A stretch of 57,013 nt of DNA from a virus. Lineage: Duplodnaviria > Caudoviricetes. The DNA is taken from positions 1 through 57,013 of IMG/VR virus record IMGVR_UViG_3300021425_000044. One strand, 5' to 3'. Below the pieces are notes generated by a model. The model was given only the letters and a program-made list of their open reading frames with translations, did no database searches and was not told where the DNA came from. Of the stretch, positions 55,354 to 57,013 are shown in pieces. The position numbers were made by a program, and so were the translations under genes. The first letter of the stretch is position 1. Each line of letters begins with the position of its first letter.

Positions 55354-55770
55354 TTAGACCTGGATATGGATATCGCCTTCTTCTCCTCCGCTAGGAGGAG
55401 TACCCGTACTAGCTGTAACGGTAACAACGCGGTTACCTTCCACAGTAGCTGAGCCATCAACCTGTAGATTCTGCGTCCATGTGTCTCTTGCCGTAAGATT
55501 ACCTTCAACAAGGAGGTCCCCCATAAGCGCACCACCGTCTAACGAAAGGTAGAGAGCCTCGTGGTTATGACCGCCCCCGTTATTAACGATCTCGTCGCCA
55601 TCTAAAGAAGTAGTATTACCGTCCCATAGGAGTTGACCTTCTTCCCAATCGGCGGGGGGATCGTCGGGATCACCCGTTAGAACATGCTCGCCATCAAACG
55701 TGCCTCCGCCTCCACCTACTCCACCGGATACGGGTATGATATCATCGCCTTGCTTTAACCATAGTCCCAT
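55354..55770 (-). CDS. Short tail-fibre-like protein
   Basis: Start MGLWLKQ at 55770; shares GDP.DP...WEEGQLL.DG module with 55772-56842. Confidence 0.7.
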   Translation of the reverse strand: MGLWLKQGDDIIPVSGGVGGGGGTFDGEHVLTGDPDDPPADWEEGQLLWDGNTTSLDGDEIVNNGGGHNHEALYLSLDGGALMGDLLVEGNLTARDTWTQNLQVDGSATVEGNRVVTVTASTGTPPSGGEEGDIHIQV

Positions 55771-55771
55771 A

Positions 55772-56842
55772 TCAGGCTCCTTCCAGCTCTTCGATGCGTG
55801 CAGATAGTTCTTTGATCTTGACAAGCATAGCTGCCATGACCTCGTTGACTGTGACTAGGTTATCGCTGGAAGCGAGTGCGTCCTCGTCGTTAATCTCCGG
55901 CAGGACGGCAGTATCGGCACGGTCTAATACGGCAGGGGCGTCAATATCATTAGGGATACCAAACCGTATATTAGGGGCGATAACTTGACCAGGGATCTCC
56001 ACTACCTTGTCCTCACGGAACCTAGCCACGGATGATTCGGGTTTACCGTCTCCAACCCTTACGTCGAAGTAGTTTCGGAGTACAGGCTGGTCTACGTTGA
56101 TCTCCTCGTAGGAGTATGATGAGAGTAGTCGAACAAGAGCATCTACGTTGGGGTTCTCCGTACGGTCTATGGAGAAACCTCTTTCAGCGCTACCTTTAAT
56201 AGTGACATCCGATGAGTAAAGGTACTCTACACCTTCGACGGGAATGGGCTCTACAAAGGTAACATCCCCATAAATGTCTCCATTGATATCTACCGTACCT
56301 TCTAATGTGGTATCGCCTCCGATACTGATATGGCCCCCTATCGAGGCGTCGCCCTCAACCGTTAGGTCACGACCGATCCGTGTGCCACCGGAGTGCCACT
56401 TTTGGGATTCGTACTCTCCCAGCTTTATCACCGCTGTACCAGCGGTGTTCGGGTCCTGGCCCCCATAAAGGGCTAACCGAGCACTATTGTCATCATCTGA
56501 TGACCTAATGACTACCCCTGAGCGGGGGTTGATGTTATTCTTAAGTGCATAGATTCGGGAAGGGTTGAGGACTCCAGCCGAAGAAGAGAAGGACAGGTCA
56601 CCTATCATAGTCCCTCCGGTGATACGGATATAGTCGTCATGTGAGTGGGGGCCGTCTATATCATTACTACCGTTCACACCATCGTACAAAAGCTGGCCCT
56701 CTTCCCATACAGCAAGGATATCAGGGTCCGTGGGGTCGCCTTCTAGAACTACCCACTCGTCATGGTCGTGATCTCCTGTAGCATTCGGACCCGAAGTAAC
56801 CAGGACAGCATTGCCATTCTCGTCCTTCATCCATAGTCCCAT
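55772..56842 (-). CDS. Tail fibre protein
   Basis: H.H..Y...GGTM.GDL motif, LTVEG repeats, C-terminal IKELSARIEELE coiled coil. Confidence 0.75.
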   Translation of the reverse strand: MGLWMKDENGNAVLVTSGPNATGDHDHDEWVVLEGDPTDPDILAVWEEGQLLYDGVNGSNDIDGPHSHDDYIRITGGTMIGDLSFSSSAGVLNPSRIYALKNNINPRSGVVIRSSDDDNSARLALYGGQDPNTAGTAVIKLGEYESQKWHSGGTRIGRDLTVEGDASIGGHISIGGDTTLEGTVDINGDIYGDVTFVEPIPVEGVEYLYSSDVTIKGSAERGFSIDRTENPNVDALVRLLSSYSYEEINVDQPVLRNYFDVRVGDGKPESSVARFREDKVVEIPGQVIAPNIRFGIPNDIDAPAVLDRADTAVLPEINDEDALASSDNLVTVNEVMAAMLVKIKELSARIEELEGA

Positions 56843-56843
56843 A

Positions 56844-57013
56844 TCAGTTATCCTTCTTAGTAGTAGTAGTATCTTTCTTCTTGAGAAGGAGATCCTTATC
56901 CTCCACTGTTTCGATGCGGGCGGTCAGCGCCTCAATACGCTCTAGAGCCTCAGTGAGACGACGTGACAGAGCACCGACTGCACCGAGGGCGGTTGCAGCT
57001 ACCTGCTCCAGCT
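56844..57013 (-). CDS. C-terminus of a tail-fibre-like protein (partial)
   Basis: Manual: ...ATALGAVGALSRRLTEALERIEALTARIETVE...KKDN*; coiled-coil end typical of fibre chaperone domains. Confidence 0.6.
   Translation of the reverse strand, partial: LEQVAATALGAVGALSRRLTEALERIEALTARIETVEDKDLLLKKKDTTTTKKDN

Noticed and set aside
1-57013. tRNA genes, integrase, reverse transcriptase
   Set aside because: None recognised by eye in intergenic regions or ORFs; tRNAscan-SE and HMM searches would be needed to exclude them

Overview
A 57-kb segment of a tailed bacteriophage genome. It is probably a contractile-tailed (myovirus-type) phage, given the gp25-like and baseplate-J-like genes. The host is probably an actinobacterium, given WhiB, an MSMEG_6728-like glycosylase and many leaderless TANNNT promoters. 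Layout: (1) 1-14000, mostly minus strand: amidase/LysM endolysin with a small putative holin, KTSC, a methyltransferase, a class II ribonucleotide reductase, and a cluster of accessory effector-like genes (ADP-ribosyltransferase-like, ParB-like). The cluster genes share a short L/I-(S/N)-x(1-2)-Q-F tag and/or QxxLF beta-clamp-like motifs. (2) 14050-14800: a non-coding array of host-regulator-like sites (9 DnaA boxes, 7 CRP-type TGTGA-N6-TCACA palindromes, weaker Fur/Zur-like and DtxR-like sites). (3) 14800-25200: a GC-richer plus-strand early-like region with a structured leader, a MoxR AAA+/vWA pair, a SNF2 helicase, a DNA glycosylase and small ORFs. (4) 25250-49400: a minus-strand replication and nucleotide-metabolism module (WhiB, SpoVS, ThyX, Cas4-like nuclease, RecA, PolA, SSB, SNF2 helicase, primase, DnaB, DnaC-like). 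(5) 49450-57013: baseplate and tail-fibre genes. Three intergenic regions look like structured RNAs (about 4615-4985, 15190-15520 and 23664-23815). All calls come from reading the sequence and recognising motifs; no database searches were run.
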